Positions 49,602-64,000 of a DNA stretch of 64,000 nt are shown piece by piece. Position 1 is the stretch's first letter. Each line of letters starts with the position of its first letter. Location: contig CM119266.1 of assembly GCA_051294375.1 (NCBI GenBank), positions 222,012 through 286,011 of the forward strand, in the 5' to 3' direction. The position numbers were made by a program, and so were the translations under genes. The notes under the pieces were generated by a model. It ran no database searches, was not told the origin of the DNA, and worked only from the letters and a program-made list of their open reading frames with translations. This DNA is from Paraspadella gotoi. Taxonomy: Eukaryota; Animalia; Chaetognatha.

Positions 49602-51934
49602 TATGTCATCTCCCAAATCCTCCGCCCCGCGGGCGGCTCTAGGGCGGCCCAGGGGCAGACTATTCCAGGGGAGCAGCAAATGGTCATTGAGGGGGCGCCC
49701 TCTGGATTGCCTCAGGGGGCCGCCCCAGGGGGGTTCCCCTGGGGCCAACATTTTGAGTCTATTAGGGGCGCCCCTAATGCTTAGCCCCCTGGGGCCAAAA
49801 AAAGTTTGCCCCTGGGGGTAACCCTTGGGGAGCAAAAAACTGCTCCCCCAGGGGCGAGTTAAAGAGAGAGCAAAGTTTAGATGAGAAAATATACTTTCTG
49901 ACTATGTTATTATATCTGAGAATATTTCTCCCTGTCTGTTACTCTCTCTTTCTCTTTCCCTTTTTTTTTTTCTCTCTCTTTTTCTCCCTCTCTCTTTTTC
50001 TCATTCTCTCTTTCTTTCTTTTTCTCTCTCTCTTTTTTTTCTCTCTTTTTCAAGACTTGTTTATGTAACTGAATTAAATATACATTTTTTTCAAATTATT
50101 GTTAACTCATTTATTCCATATTTTATCTAAAAATTATAATATTGTATTTTTAACCCAATTATTTTATTCCAGTTAAAAGATATAGAAACAAGTTTTAGCA
50201 AACAATGTAGGATGTAGCCACAAAAATTTAGTGGTAAAAAGCTAATCAGTCATTAGTCTTTTTTTTTTTCTTTCTTTTTTTTATTTTTTTTCTTTCTTTT
50301 TTGTTGGATGGACATACTGATAGACTGATAGAGAGAGACATAATTTTTTTAAAAAATATTCATAATTTGATGTTTAAAAAGAAATTAATAAATCACCAAA
50401 CAAATAATGGGCAGTGACTGACAGACCTACTTAGTGAATTATGGAGTCCCCCCCAAAATAACAATAAAAACTATTCATCAACATTAAACGAGTTCTACAT
50501 CGTAAAATAAAATTTTTTTATTTAATTTTTGTAATTAATAATCGTCAGTTTGTAGATTGCTTAAGATGAACTCACGTTTGTTAAGTAGAGGCTGACGATA
50601 TGAGAGAGAGAGTGAGAAAAACTTTATATTCTAGCTCAATCACATACTTTTCTACCCACACACAAAATTTTATTCCAATCCATCTATTTAATCACGAATA
50701 ATTGGAGTTTAATACTAATATGGATGGACTTAAAGACTGATATTAATTAATAATCAATTAAATATTTTTTAATTAATTATTTTTTATAAGTGAATTAAAA
50801 ATTAAAACCTTCCTACTATTTATTCTATATTTAAAATTTCATAGATGAATTAAGATAAAATTTTGTCTGTGGGAAGAAAAGTGTGCAAGTGAAAGTGAGT
50901 TTTAATGGAAAAACAAAAGTTACTTTTACTTGAACATTATTTAAAAAAAATTTTGTACTCTTTTTCTCTTTCTTTTTTTTATTTCTATCGGATAAAATTA
51001 TTAATTAGCTAATTGTTAAGTTGATTGTTGACCAAATTAATTAATTTGACCAAATTATCCAAGTTGTCCAAATTATTTAAGTTGACCAAATTATGCAAGT
51101 TGACCAAATTATGACTGTTGACTAAATTAAGCAAATTAACTAATTATACCAGTTGACCAATTTATGCCAGTTGACAAATCTATGCAATTGACCAAATTAT
51201 GCAAGTTGACCAAATTATGCGAGTTGATTGAATTATAAAAATTGATTAAATTATAAAAGTTTACTAAATATAAAATTTACCAAATTATGAAAGTTTATTA
51301 AATTATTAAAGTTTACCAAATTATGAAAGTTTAGCAAATTATGAAGGTTAACCAAATTAGCAAGTTAACTAAATTATAAAAAAATTACAAATTATAAAAG
51401 TTTACCAAATTATAAAAGTTTACCAAATTTTAAAAGTTGATTAAATTATATCAGTTGACCAATTTATGTCAGTTGAACAAATTATGTCATTTGACTAAAT
51501 TATGCAAGGTGACCAAATTATGCAAGTTGGTATTGAGTGCAGCTATTTGTTCATTTGATTGATTAATTGAAGTGAAAAATATTATTTTTATTTTTATATT
51601 TCATTGTAATGAAAGATGAAAATAGAAAATAGATAGAGAAAGAGAGAGAGAGAGAGGGAGAGAGAAAGAGAGAGTAGAGGGAAGAGAGATAGGAGGGAGA
51701 GAGAGCCGTTCCAGGGGGCAGGAAATCTATCCCCCTGGGGTAGCCCCAGGGGGAAAGGTTTTTCTAGCCCCAGGGGATTCCCCCTGGAGTGGCCCTTGGG
51801 GCTCCAAAAAGAGGCTACAGGGGGCCGCCCCTAGCCGGTAAAGATTTGCCTGCCCCTCGGGGCCGCCCCGCGGAGCCACCCCGCGGGGCCGCCCCCAGCA
51901 TCGCCCCGGGGGAAGCGATTCTGAGGATGACATA
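49602..51934. mobile_element. Nested segment with long GC-rich imperfect inverted arms inside the HINE-like element
   Basis: Ends TATGTCATC and GATGACATA. Arms 49610-49860 and 51705-51925 are related in inverted orientation and rich in CCCC(A/T)GGGG motifs. It interrupts the second copy of the host's internal repeat. Confidence 0.55.
51020..51530. repeat. 18-19-bp degenerate minisatellite (AGTTGACCAAATTATGCA)
   Basis: More than 20 tandem variants are visible. Confidence 0.88.
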
Positions 51935-53028
51935 CTTGGATTAAACTGGAAATCAAGCTTCGATGGAATTGTTTGAGTGGAAATGAGTTTAAATGGAAAA
52001 AACCAAGAACCTGTTTCACTAATTGATTATGCTTCTTTTTCTTTTTATTTTAAATGTAAATGCAAGATGTATTAATTAATCATATAATTAATCAGTTAAT
52101 TAATCAATTAATTGCCTTATTAATTAAATAATTAATTTGAATAAATAAATTATTAATTAATTAAATAATTAATTAACTTGAATTAATTATTAATTAATAA
52201 TTTACTTAATAAATTAATTAATTAATTATTAATTACAGATCCGACATTGTTTGCTCAAACTTGTTAAATTAGAAGTAATTAAGACCCAGGAAGTGGTCAG
52301 TAGTGGTTTGATTTTAACGTTAGTAGGAAATTTATACAACTAGTTTGAAAATTGTAATTGATCGTGTCAATTAAATGGGTTTGTTGATCAGTTGCAACAA
52401 AATAAATTAGTGTTTTAACAAATCTGATTATATTGCTTTGATGCTTTGGCGATGACACGTAATTTCCTTCTGCGGGTGAAGATGATTTCGGTTGCAGTCG
52501 TGTTGTTCCTATGAGCAAAGAGATGGTGAATTCAGGTGGTGAATTCAGGTGGTTGAAGTGGAAGGGGTGGGAACTGAGAAAGTGGCGGGGGGCGGATTAA
52601 GGCGACGCCGCGGGGAGAACTGAGAAGACCGTAAAGTCGATCGATTTTCGCAAAAAAATTTAAGGAAGAAAGAATAAAGAAAAAAATGAAAAAAGAATAA
52701 AGAAGAAAGAAAAAGGAAGCGTTTAAGGTTTACAAGATTTACATTTTAAATTTTATATTTTTTACCCATCAAAAATGTGAAGGCAAGGTAATCAAAGTTA
52801 CAAACAAAACCGAATCTTTATTTATGTAACCAAAATATATAATCTAATCATATTATATGGAAATTGGAGACCGGAGATTGACTGGAGACTGCAAATTGGA
52901 GAGCTCTCTCATGTGCTTAACCGGCTCTTAAAGGTCTAAAGCGGAGCCTCAGTCAAAATGAATGTTTTTAAAAAATAACGTTCATGCGCCACCGCTTCAA
53001 GAGGCGGGATGGGTAATAACTTACAAAA

Positions 53029-53088
<60 letters not shown>

Positions 53089-56000
53089 CCTGCTGGTTTC
53101 GATTTGTGTCTCAATTCAAGTGACATTTTTGACAGCGAAAACGGGGGAGATTTTTCTGTTCATTTTAAAAATCAAGTTCAGTAAAATTGAACAAAAAAAA
53201 GAAAAAGAAATAAAGAACGAATAAAAGAAAGAGAGAAAGAAAGAATGAAAGAAAGAATAAAAGAAAGAAAGAATAAAGATAGAAAGATAGAAACATAAAG
53301 TGACAAAAAACTGAAAGAAAGAAAGAAAGAAAAAAAGAAAGAAAGAAAGAAAGAGAAACGTAGAAACAAAATGATGGACAGAGGGGGCGACCGGGGGCGT
53401 TGGTCTCCAAAAACCGTAAAAACTAAAATTTGAAACAAAACAAAGCGTTTGCAAAATATCAATTTCGTGTCTCTTCTTCTCCGTCGGAAAAAAAACTCGT
53501 TTTTGTTGGACATTTACGCAGATTTATCCGTTGTCCCCTTAACGGTTTTTCGGGAGACATCGCGAAATAAAATGTAGATGTCGCTCTTCGGCGTAATTTA
53601 CGGCGAGGGATTCGCGGAGTTTTCGGGCGTGTAGATGTCGCCCCTTGGACTAATTTGTGGAACCCTTTTTCGCTGTTTTATTGACGGTTAATTTTTTTTT
53701 TTCAAATTTACGGGAGTCGATCTTTAATTACGATCCAAAGTATAAGTCGACAGTCTTTTGTTTCTTTTGCTCTTTTTTTTAATCTGAGGGCGAAGGAAAC
53801 ATAGCAGGAAAGCGGGAATGAATTGAATGGATGGTTGGATAGAAATAGAGTTCGATGGATATATGGATGGATGGGTAGATGGCTGGATGGATGAAATAAT
53901 GTAAATGCAAGAAAATTTTGGAATATTGTGAATATTGTGAATATTGTGAATAAAAACATGCTAAAAGAGAATGAATGATAATTAAATTTCTAACGGCGCA
54001 CTTTTGAGTTTTGGTAAATCAAAGTCGAGCCAACAACTTTGAGAAGAAAAACAAAAACAACACCGCCTAACCAACTACAACGACGTCTTGCTTCACAATC
54101 ACAAGGACATCAATGTTACTTCGCTCCTCTCGTTGTTAATGGGACATTCCTTCAAGAAAAAAAATCATAAAATTATTTCTTTTCGCTGACATGGACATTA
54201 AATCTCGTCCAAATTGGGGGACGACGACGACAATGACGAATACGACGATGACAACGACGACGACGAAATCCATGACCCGACGACGATGACGCCGACAACA
54301 ATTATTAAGCGGTTTTTGATAAATGATCTTCCTTCGATCTTTCCAATTTGGATCAACACGAATTTTTTTTTGTCTTTCCGATTTGATTTCTTTTTTTTTT
54401 CCATTTTCGATTTAACATTTCAATCAATCTGACGTCTTTAACTTTAAGACATTCCGAGACGCATCGACGTAAAACGTTTTTCAATTTGTTTGTGCTATTA
54501 TAATGCGTATTGTGTAACCAATATTAAAACGTCAACTATATATAAGGTTTTGTTTATAAAGTTCAGAGATCTATATATCTATAAATATCTATAGTCAAAT
54601 AACACATTAGAAAATAGTAGTTGCCATCGGAATTTCCTACTGACGAGACGGAGACGGAGTCGGAGACTTCGATAAAGAGACAGAGTCAACGATGAGACAG
54701 AGACAGAGACAATGGAGGACGGCGCCGTGGCGACGCCACCCGCAGCGCGGAGGCGCCAAACGTCGTCGTCAGCGTCCTCATTCTCCTTCAAAATACAAAA
54801 GAACAAAACTATGTTATTTTTCGTAGACAAAAGGTCAATTTGACGTTTTAATGAGAAAAAGAGAAAAGTTGACATCTTATCTGACAATGAGAAAAACCAG
54901 GCGGTGGTTCATAATCGAAAAAAAATAGTTTTCGTCTGGGAAAAGCGTTTTAGATTTGGTAAGTTAATGAGTAAGAGAGGGTCGTGTACCCGATGATAAT
55001 TTGAAATGGTTATACATACGATCGTTTATAGTATATGTATTTTAACTTAACCAAACTGGGAATTTCGAAATTGGGCTCGGCCGCGACTCCCGTCGACCTC
55101 CGTCGCCCACGTTTTTCGATCCTGTAAACTCTGAAATCTGGACCCATAAAACCGAAGGATCGTTAAAGACTTTGACTAAACCACCTAGGTGATCGAGGGG
55201 GCGTGGAGAACGGACGGGGAGGAGAGGGGGCGCTAGGAGTCAGGGATTGTTTTGTTTATCGGTTTTTAAATGAATTATTTGACTTTTTTTTTTTGACGGA
55301 AACGAGCAGAGATTCGTTGGAAAAGTTGGAACCAGGGCAACGGCGGACGGGTGAGCCGGACTAACTGACAGGACTCGCTCTCGGTTTTTCAAGTATTGAA
55401 CAATTTGATTGCTGTCTTGGGAGGAACAGGGTACCCTAGACAGTAGACACATTACTTATCGACGAATTAGACGGGCTGATAGACTTATATCAGGCAGCGA
55501 CCGATGACGACGACGACTGACTAAAAAATGAGTCATCGCTTGGACCTCATCTTGGCTTTGAGATTTTGGTGAAAAAACTTGATTGGCACGAGGGATCGGC
55601 TCGGTCGTAAAGGAGAACTTATTGTTAGTATATGATCGATTGTCGAATAAAATCTGATCACCGATTGACTAAAAAAAAATATTGTCGGAGAAGAAATGAT
55701 TGGCAAAGGACTAATAAATAAGTATTTTGTTTTGCGACAATCTTTGTCGTAAATTATAAACAGAATTTAGGCTTCCTGTGACATTTCCTGTATTAACAAC
55801 TATATTATCAAACCAATTGGAGTTGTTTTTTTTTTGATGAGAAGGAAAAACCTATTGAGGAAACACAATCATGCACCTCAACCGATAGTCAATATTTAAA
55901 GTTTCATAATATTAATATATAATATAATATTAATAATAATCATCGTCAGTCATTGCAAACGCGTTCCTACCTTTTGATTTAACTATGAGCGCTTTTTATT

Positions 56001-56268
56001 TCTGCCTTCGCCACCACTCCTACCATCGCCACCTCTACCACCACCCCTACCATAACGGCGCTTTAGCCGCCACCATCACCACCACACCGCTACTCGCTCC
56101 GCCACCACCATCGCCACCTCTACCACACCGCCACCGCCGCAAGAATCGTAAAATCTCTTCGGAGATTCGACTCTTAACGAGTGTGAAATTCCCGTGACGG
56201 ATATTGACGACGACGACGACGACGACGACGACCCGTTTGGCGGGTTTCGACATCGTACCTGTAATTTG

Positions 56269-56361
<93 letters not shown>

Positions 56362-57473
56362 CGATCAGGATATTCCTTACTGTTTATGCGAAAATAACAT
56401 GTTACGGGATTTGTTACTGCGACGTGGGGAGGGAAGAAGAGCGCCGCCTCTCATAAAGCGAATTCTAGTCTTGACGAATTAGTTAGTCGGTGGGTGATTG
56501 GTTTGTGATTGAATAATGATTGGTGGGTGATCGGTTTGTGATTGGATTGTTATTGGTTTGTGATTGAATGGTAATTGGATGGTGATTGGTTCTTGATTAT
56601 AGAGTGAACAAAATATTACAAATTAAATACAAATACCATTTTAATTTTCGTTTTTTTACAATAAGTTTGAACGAGTCTTATTTAAGTAGACTCCGAATTG
56701 TGGTGATAAATAATCTTATGTAAACTTTCTCGACCTCGTGGTGTAGTTTTTCATGTCTTAATATTAAAAATATATAATCCTTTAAATATTTGTCTGGATT
56801 TTTAAATCCTGTCGACAGCTTTATTATCGCGACGTGGATACTTTGGACTAATACGGCGAATTGCGGTTGAGAAAAACTCGTTTCAGCATCGCGGTATATT
56901 GACGCATAAGAAAATTTGCTCCTTGAATCGCAGAAAATCGAACGCCTAATTACACCCGTAAACGATACGCCGATTAAAGTTAATTCATTTTCCTTCCTTC
57001 TTCGAATTCATCAAACAAAAATTTTCCCTCCAAAGCGTCAAGCGGTGTTTACTTTCGCAGCTTTGCGAACAAAATTGCATCGTAAAATCGATGTTACAAC
57101 TTTTAAAAGGTCCGGCTAGGACTTGGATTCTGGGTAGGTGGTATTTTGCTCAAGTAACGACCCCAAGAAATAAGTTTACTCCACAGGCCACAATTAACTG
57201 AATATAATTAATTCTTTCACCTTCGTTCTTACTTGATACATAGCCTTCCAAAGTAAAGGAAAAAATAGCTCATTTATTCAATAAATGAATACTTTTTAGT
57301 TGGTTGCACCAATTTCCTAACATACCCTCGCCAGTAAACCCTACCCACCACAAAACCACCCTACTCTTCCCACAATCCTCACCTCAGCTTCTAATCCGCC
57401 GCTTAACTCACCCAAATTACGCGAATCTCCGACGGCGAAGACAAAACCAAAACAAATTTGCCGCCGAGATTTC

Positions 57474-57544
<71 letters not shown>

Positions 57545-58243
57545 TCCTCTGTCGCCCCCTTTTGTCCATTTTTGTCACTTTTTTCGACTGAAATGGCGAA
57601 TGAAGGGATTAGCGCGGCGCCCCTGAGTCTGGCTCGCGTCACTGCCCTCGTTTCGGGTGATCATTAGGGAAGGGAAAGAAGGAAGTAAAGAAAGATAGAG
57701 GAAAGAGGAAGTTGGAAAGAAAGAAGGAAAGATAGAGTGAAAGGAAGAAAAGAGAAAGAGAAACGAAGAATATAGAGTAGGGAGAAGAAAAAAATAAAAA
57801 AAAAAGTTTTAAATGGTAAAAAATAGAATAAAATAGTTCGAAAAAATTGTCAGCTATATGCTACAATCATGCGAGTATTCTGCCACAGCAAGTTAGCATC
57901 TCTTGTTCAACAACTAAGTTATTTGGTATATTAAATAGGGATATTAGTATAGCTAAGTATACTGTTATTTAAGCACCATTTAGCTTCTTTACAATATCAC
58001 ATCTCATGTCTTGTCCCCTTAAATCCCGCCATATCCCATCCCAATCCCGTCTCCCACGTCTCCACGCCTCTTCCTGTCATCTCGATCTGTCCCCGTCTCT
58101 GGATTTCCTTTCGATCTCTCGATCTGACGCGCGATGTTTGATTTGTCTTTTGTTCGTGATCAAGACGTCGGACTCATCGATCTCTCCCGCCACTCGATCC
58201 TCATCTTTTGTTTTCTTATCTTTTTGTGCGAATGTCAATTGAC

Positions 58244-58303
<60 letters not shown>

Positions 58304-58653
58304 TCTCTCTTCTCTCTCTCTCTTCTCTCTCGTCTCGTCTCTCTCTTCATTCATCTTCGCAACTTGATTAATCTTTTGTTTTTCCTGTCTTTTGTCTCGC
58401 TTGATGTCTCCTTTTTTTTTTGCAAGCGACGAAGAATGAAGGAAAACAAACTTTTTCTTTTCCTTTTTTCTGATTTTTCCGTCGGCCAAAAGTGAGTTTT
58501 AACTTTAACAAAGACTATGACCTCAGGAAATAAACGAGAGGTAAAAAACTTTTTAGACAGTCGCTCTTTTCAATTGTTCTTAAAAAATCGGATTTTATAG
58601 TTCTGGGTCTCTCTCTCTCTCTCTTGCTCTGTCTCTTCTCCATTCCTTCTCTC

Positions 58654-58691
<38 letters not shown>

Positions 58692-59531
58692 CTCTCTCTC
58701 TCTCTCTCTCTCTCTCCTCCACCTCCAAAGAAGGAAAAGTGACTTGACATCATAATTTTCTGATTTAAAGAGTCTTTTTGTTTTTTTTTAAAATCCAAAC
58801 TTGTCTCTTCGTCTGCTTGTCTCTCATCTTTCTCTCTCTCTGTCCTCGCCAATTATAAACGATTGTGTTAGTCTCTACTGGGATCCGTTTTCGTAGCTCG
58901 TCGTCCTCGTCGTCGTTATATCGTCTTCATCGTCGTCATCGTCGCTATAGTCGTCGTCATCCTCGTCGCCAACGTCGTAATTTCGGCGCCAGAGAGAAAA
59001 GACGAAAAGTCAAAAAAAGAATTTCTAATTAGGACATAATATTAAAACCGCTAATTTACGCGACTGTCCAGAGATATTTAAATAATTATAGCGAAGAGAA
59101 CGAAAATCGCTGGAATTGTTTTACCTTTGAGCTTCGCCATAAATTTAATTATGTCAATTAAATGTCCATTATCTACATAATGATTTCGGGTAAAAAAAAT
59201 ACTAAACTAATTTACATTGAGTATTAACTATTTTGGAAAGAGTCGTTGGAATGAATGACGAGGGGCCATTAATGTAGCGTTGCAGATTCCCCGCCGCTTT
59301 TACGGTTTTAAATTGTCGTTTTTCCGATTTTTTTATAAAGTTTTATAGCTTAAAAACTAATTAATTTCAGTTATTTTTTTTGTCGAAAGAGTCGATATCC
59401 CGATTCGACGCGACATTTGAAAACCGCCAAGAATTTCGATCCATTTAATCTTTTCTTTCTTATTCTTTTGTTGAAGAAAAATAAAGTTCTTTCTCGCTTC
59501 TCTTGTCAAATTTCGTTTGTTATTCTTTGAC

Positions 59532-59642
<111 letters not shown>

Positions 59643-61180
59643 GTTTCGACGTCTGCAACAACGACGACGACACCGATGAAGAGCATGACGCTGTGCTAAC
59701 AAAGTGGCCCAGCGACGACGACGACGACGACGACGACAACGACGACGACGTTGCTTATCTTTGTCCCTCCACTCCAAAGCGCGATTGCATTATTCATGGT
59801 TCGGCGACGCGCGCCGGGAAGGGTTCCTTCGTGCTGGACATATGGGGACTCGCGATACTTTGAGGTTAAAGAGTCGACGCGATGTGGAGATTATTGGAAT
59901 CAGGAAAGAGAATTTTGTGGGCGAAGAAAATGATTAATCGATTCAAAGTGAATCCAAGGGGGAGGCGGAGGTGGGAGGGAATTTTTGCTGCTTGGTGGGT
60001 CGGGTGGGTCGGGTTGGTTGATGGGCTGGTAGCTGGGTTGGATATGGCGCCACGTTCAGTAATTTGGAAGAGAATGAATGAACGAATGAATGAATGAACA
60101 CATTCATTCAATTTTATTTTAATGTGCGTAACATATCTTTTCACATAGTTAATTTGTTTTCGCTTATCTTATGAAAGTGGCTAAGCAACAACAAACTACG
60201 ACGAAACGAAACAAACAGAGACAAAAAATAACAAACAAAAGAGCAGCGGAGGAAGCGGAGGAAGCGGAGGAAGCTGATCGCCGTCGATTCCGAGAAATTT
60301 CTTCCTTCAAGCAATTTTCTTCGCTCAAGGGTCAACTCGGTCGTGTTTTCTCAAAGGCTTCGTCGCGTCCCTCGATGTTCCTTCGAACGGGAAGCAGGTG
60401 TTGCGAGTTTCGGACTGAAGAAGATCATCTCTTCCTTTCTCCCTCAATTTCTGAAAAAGCGACATTTTTACTTTCAAAATGATTTCACTCTTACACTTTT
60501 TTGCCCCCAATAAAATGATTAAATATTTTTTAAAACTTCATTTTCTAGGCTTATTTGGGCACAGTAGGAACAAGAAGACGGTTTTATAAATGTATTTTTA
60601 TACCCGCCGGTTGGGAATTACAAAAATACTGTCAATTTGAAGTTTTGTTTTAATCTGACAACTAATTTGGAAGAAATCCCCAAAAACCACCCCTTCGATG
60701 GAATATTTTTGTCATAAAATATTTTCGCCAAAACTGACTCCTGTAACAAAAATTAGAATTTCGATCGCTATTTTTTTTTTTTTTTTCGTGGATGGATTTT
60801 ATTTTCTACATGTATTATATCTGAACGTTTTGCATGAACAGGATTTATTCTTGACTTCGTGAAAAGACCATTTTTCATCGTATGATATTATATGATATCA
60901 TATGATATCTATGCACATCATCTTCATCATCATCTTCATCATCCCGATTCTATTTTACCAATAAACGCGCGACGAGATCACGTGACCGAAAAGTAAACAT
61001 TTCAACAAGGAAGAGGACGGCGCATGGTTTCCCACACCATCGCAGAAACCCCCATATGGCGCAATATGACCCGAAATGACCTGAGATGATCCAACCTCCA
61101 CGCGGCTTTAATGATGTCCGATAACTCGTCACTTCGAGCGACGATTAGGAAACGATTATCGATGTAGCGATGTCGAAAAT

Positions 61181-61220
<40 letters not shown>

Positions 61221-61813
61221 GGGCATCGTCGTCGTGTTTTTCAGATGGTTAAACGTCGGGTTCGTCTTCGTCGTTACCTCTTACCTCTTACTTCTTACCT
61301 CTTACCTCTTACCTCTTACCTCTTACTCACCACAAGACGACATTAAGGGATATTGTGCTAAAGTCCCTTCATCAGACAAAGAGCTTTATAATTATATTAT
61401 TATAATATATTATATTATTATATTATTATAATTTTAATTATATTGGCCAGGTCGATATTGACAATATTGAATGAAAACGTAAATCGTTCAGACTCAACGT
61501 GACTAATTCCCCCGAGAGGAAATCGCGACGTGACGAATTTTCTTTTCACGCTCGGCGCTCCTCGTCGCATCTTCTCCTCCATCCATCCTCATTTCCTCGG
61601 GACCTGGACTCGACCCCCCTCGAGAAGCTCGTCGCTCTCGTCTCCGCCGTGACGATCGAATCCGCGGGTCACCAGACGCCTCTGGCGATTCGACGCGACT
61701 GGGACGAAAATTTCGTCCTCTATACTAATTACTTTGCGGTAGCCTTCGCTGACGTTAGCTGTTTTTCTATAATTGCGATGCCGACAAATAGTTCGCCGTG
61801 TCTTAAAGTTTTG

Positions 61814-61918
<105 letters not shown>

Positions 61919-62117
61919 GAGTGTGTCTGAAACGGTACGAATCTTCCTTCAAAATTATTTGCACAATGTAGAATAGTAACGGTCACAAAATATATTAATT
62001 AGTAGGATATATGACGTTACATATCTATGATTATTAATCCAAACGACCTGTCGTTCATTGATAAGCTCATCCTGTCACCTTTAGGAATGCTTTTAAATAA
62101 GTAGTCCTTTCCAGGCA

Positions 62118-62222
62118 AGTCGCATTCTCATGCCTCGTTCTCATCACATTCTCATCTCATCTCATCATTCTCATCACATTCTCATCACAAGTCGCATTCT
62201 CATGCCTCGTTCTCATCACACT
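62118..62222. repeat. Short tandem or duplicated TTCTCATCACA-type repeat
   Basis: CAAGTCGCATTCTCATGCCTCGTTCTCATCACA occurs twice, with TCTCA repeats between. Confidence 0.7.
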
Positions 62223-64000
62223 CGTGAATTCTCTCTCACTCTCACTTTCCTCTTCGTTCCCGTCGCATAAATCCCACCATGACGGGCCACCGTGACATCG
62301 CCGACCACCGAACCACCTCAGGAGCGAATGACCCGGCGATAGTCGTCAAAGAATCGGGTCGGGTCGTCTCAGAGTGAATATCTCCGAATATCCCGTAGAC
62401 CCTTTCACTGTGTATAATACTGTACCAGTGTCGATACCTCCATAACAAAACCACTCGCTGAAAATACGGAACAAAAATAGTCTACCGCTTAAAATTAAAT
62501 AAATATGGCTAAGGATATGTACAATTGTACATGGTATTCTGTTATTTACAGCCGTCCAAAAATTCATCTATCCGAAATATTTCATAAAGAGTCGAGAGAC
62601 TTTCCATTCGATCGACCGTCAAAATGACGGACGCCGTACCGACAGACTGTCGGGATCTGCAAATCCGTAAACATCGCTTGAGTAATTATTTTGGCAATAT
62701 CATAATGGTTAATTCAACACTTAGTACTTCGTGACGTTAATCNNNNNNNNNNCACTTATTACTTAATTTGTTTAGAATCGTAAAAACCTGCTTCGTGACG
62801 TTAATCTCATTTGCATATTGCAGTATCTTTTCTTTAAAATTATTTGAACAATATTAGGATTTAGTTTAGCAGAGAATAATCTTTCCCTAATATCTATAGA
62901 ATGTCTCGTCAGGATTATTTCAGTCAAGTTTTTTGATAGCTGGTCTTTGAAAATGATATTGATGCGAAAAACATTTGCCCCCCAAATCGAAAGGTTTTAT
63001 TAGCCGCTATTAAATAATGACAAACCCCATTTACGACGAGCTGGAGCCACACCGGTGGCTGGAGTTAAAATATTATTTTAACATGTTCTAAGCTGGGAAC
63101 ATGGAAAACTTACTGAACGTTGTCGGAGGCTCGTGGTACTTTTAATTACGTATTAAGGCGGGCCGAAATTGAACACTTTTTATTATTTCGAGTTCTTTCA
63201 AAATTTTTTTTTATCTTTCTATTACTAAATTGATTTTTAATGCAACTTTTTGAATTAGTTCATTGGGTTGTTGCACTGAAGCTTTTAAATATTTATTAAT
63301 ATATAACAAATGACAAGATTTTTTTTTTAAATTTTATTTTTAAAAAACGGATTCCTATAAAGCTTGAAAAGTTAAATTTTAAATTTTAATTTTTTTAAAA
63401 TTTTGACAATAAATTGGTTAAAAACCTTAAAAAATCATTATCATCATCATCATTGGCTGAATTTTATAGTTTTTTAAATTTTTTATTAATAAAACAAAAA
63501 AATTTTAAAAAGTTGTATTAATAACATTTATCTAACTTTTAAAGCTCTATCAGAATCTATTAAAAAGATTTTAAAAAAATTAAAAAATTTTAAACTTTAA
63601 ATAGTAATAAAATAATCTTTAAATGATTCCGTGCGTTTATCAATTAGATAAATTTTAAAAATTATTTTTATTTTCATATTCTCTAACAGTCACTTCACCA
63701 TTATATATTTGAGAGAACTTTCAGTTTTCAACCTGTTCCGGCCTATTACGCATGTCTCTCTTTTCTTTTTCTTCTATTCTTTTATAGTATCAGCTCTATT
63801 CACGAGTTTTTCTTATCCTTTTCTGAATTTAATTTAAGAAAATTTGGAATATTACATTCTAAATGTTTATTTCGATGTTGAGAGAAAAAGGAAGATGAGC
63901 GAAAATAGAAAGGATTCGATGCAGAGCCGAGATTCATTTCGGAATCGCGTCTACATCATAGATATTAACATTAATTAATTAAACAATGAATGGTTGGGAC

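Larger units (their letters stand above)
49170..52265 (+). mobile_element. DINE-1/HINE-like non-autonomous Helentron-associated element
   Basis: Poly-T, then 5' subTIR AGTCGGATCTG (49177-49187) with adjacent inverted copy CAGATCCCGACT (49195-49206). (GTCC)n microsatellite at ~49319-49372. 3' subTIR CAGATCCGAC (52236-52245), then hairpin GTTTG-CT-CAAAC (52249-52260) and TTGTT. This is the established DINE-1/HINE architecture. Confidence 0.75.

Noticed and set aside
62388-62412. miR-100-like sequence TCCCGTAGACCC
   Set aside because: Seed mismatch and no convincing precursor hairpin.
62726-62806. Duplicated CTTCGTGACGTTAATC
   Set aside because: It flanks a 10-N gap, so a contig-overlap artefact is likely.
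63153-63748. MITE with TTAAGGCGGGCC / CCGGCCTATTA ends
   Set aside because: The terminal match is too weak and no clear TSD is present.

Overview
AT-rich animal genomic DNA with short GT-AG introns, dense (AG)n and (GAC)n microsatellites and five assembly gaps. The first ~33 kb holds four spliced genes that I rebuilt by hand with splice-phase checks. Minus strand: a UPF0764/C16orf89 homolog (1019-3851), a ~835-aa calmodulin/myosin-light-chain-like protein whose two EF-hand lobes are separated by a ~480-aa low-complexity linker (4773-9645), and a DEG/ENaC channel subunit (10607-14468). Plus strand: an orphan disordered protein with an RVxF-type motif (15063-33344), which may carry a nested antisense gene in one intron. 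Mobile DNA includes two tRNA-derived SINE families, a hAT-type MITE with an 8-bp TSD, a TTAA/Kolobok-type MITE, foldback MITEs, a DINE-1/HINE-like (Helentron-associated) element with a nested inverted-repeat insertion, and a decayed non-LTR fragment. The last ~30 kb has no gene I can support. Most long ORFs in the supplied track are microsatellite translations. All homology calls come from remembered motifs, not database searches.
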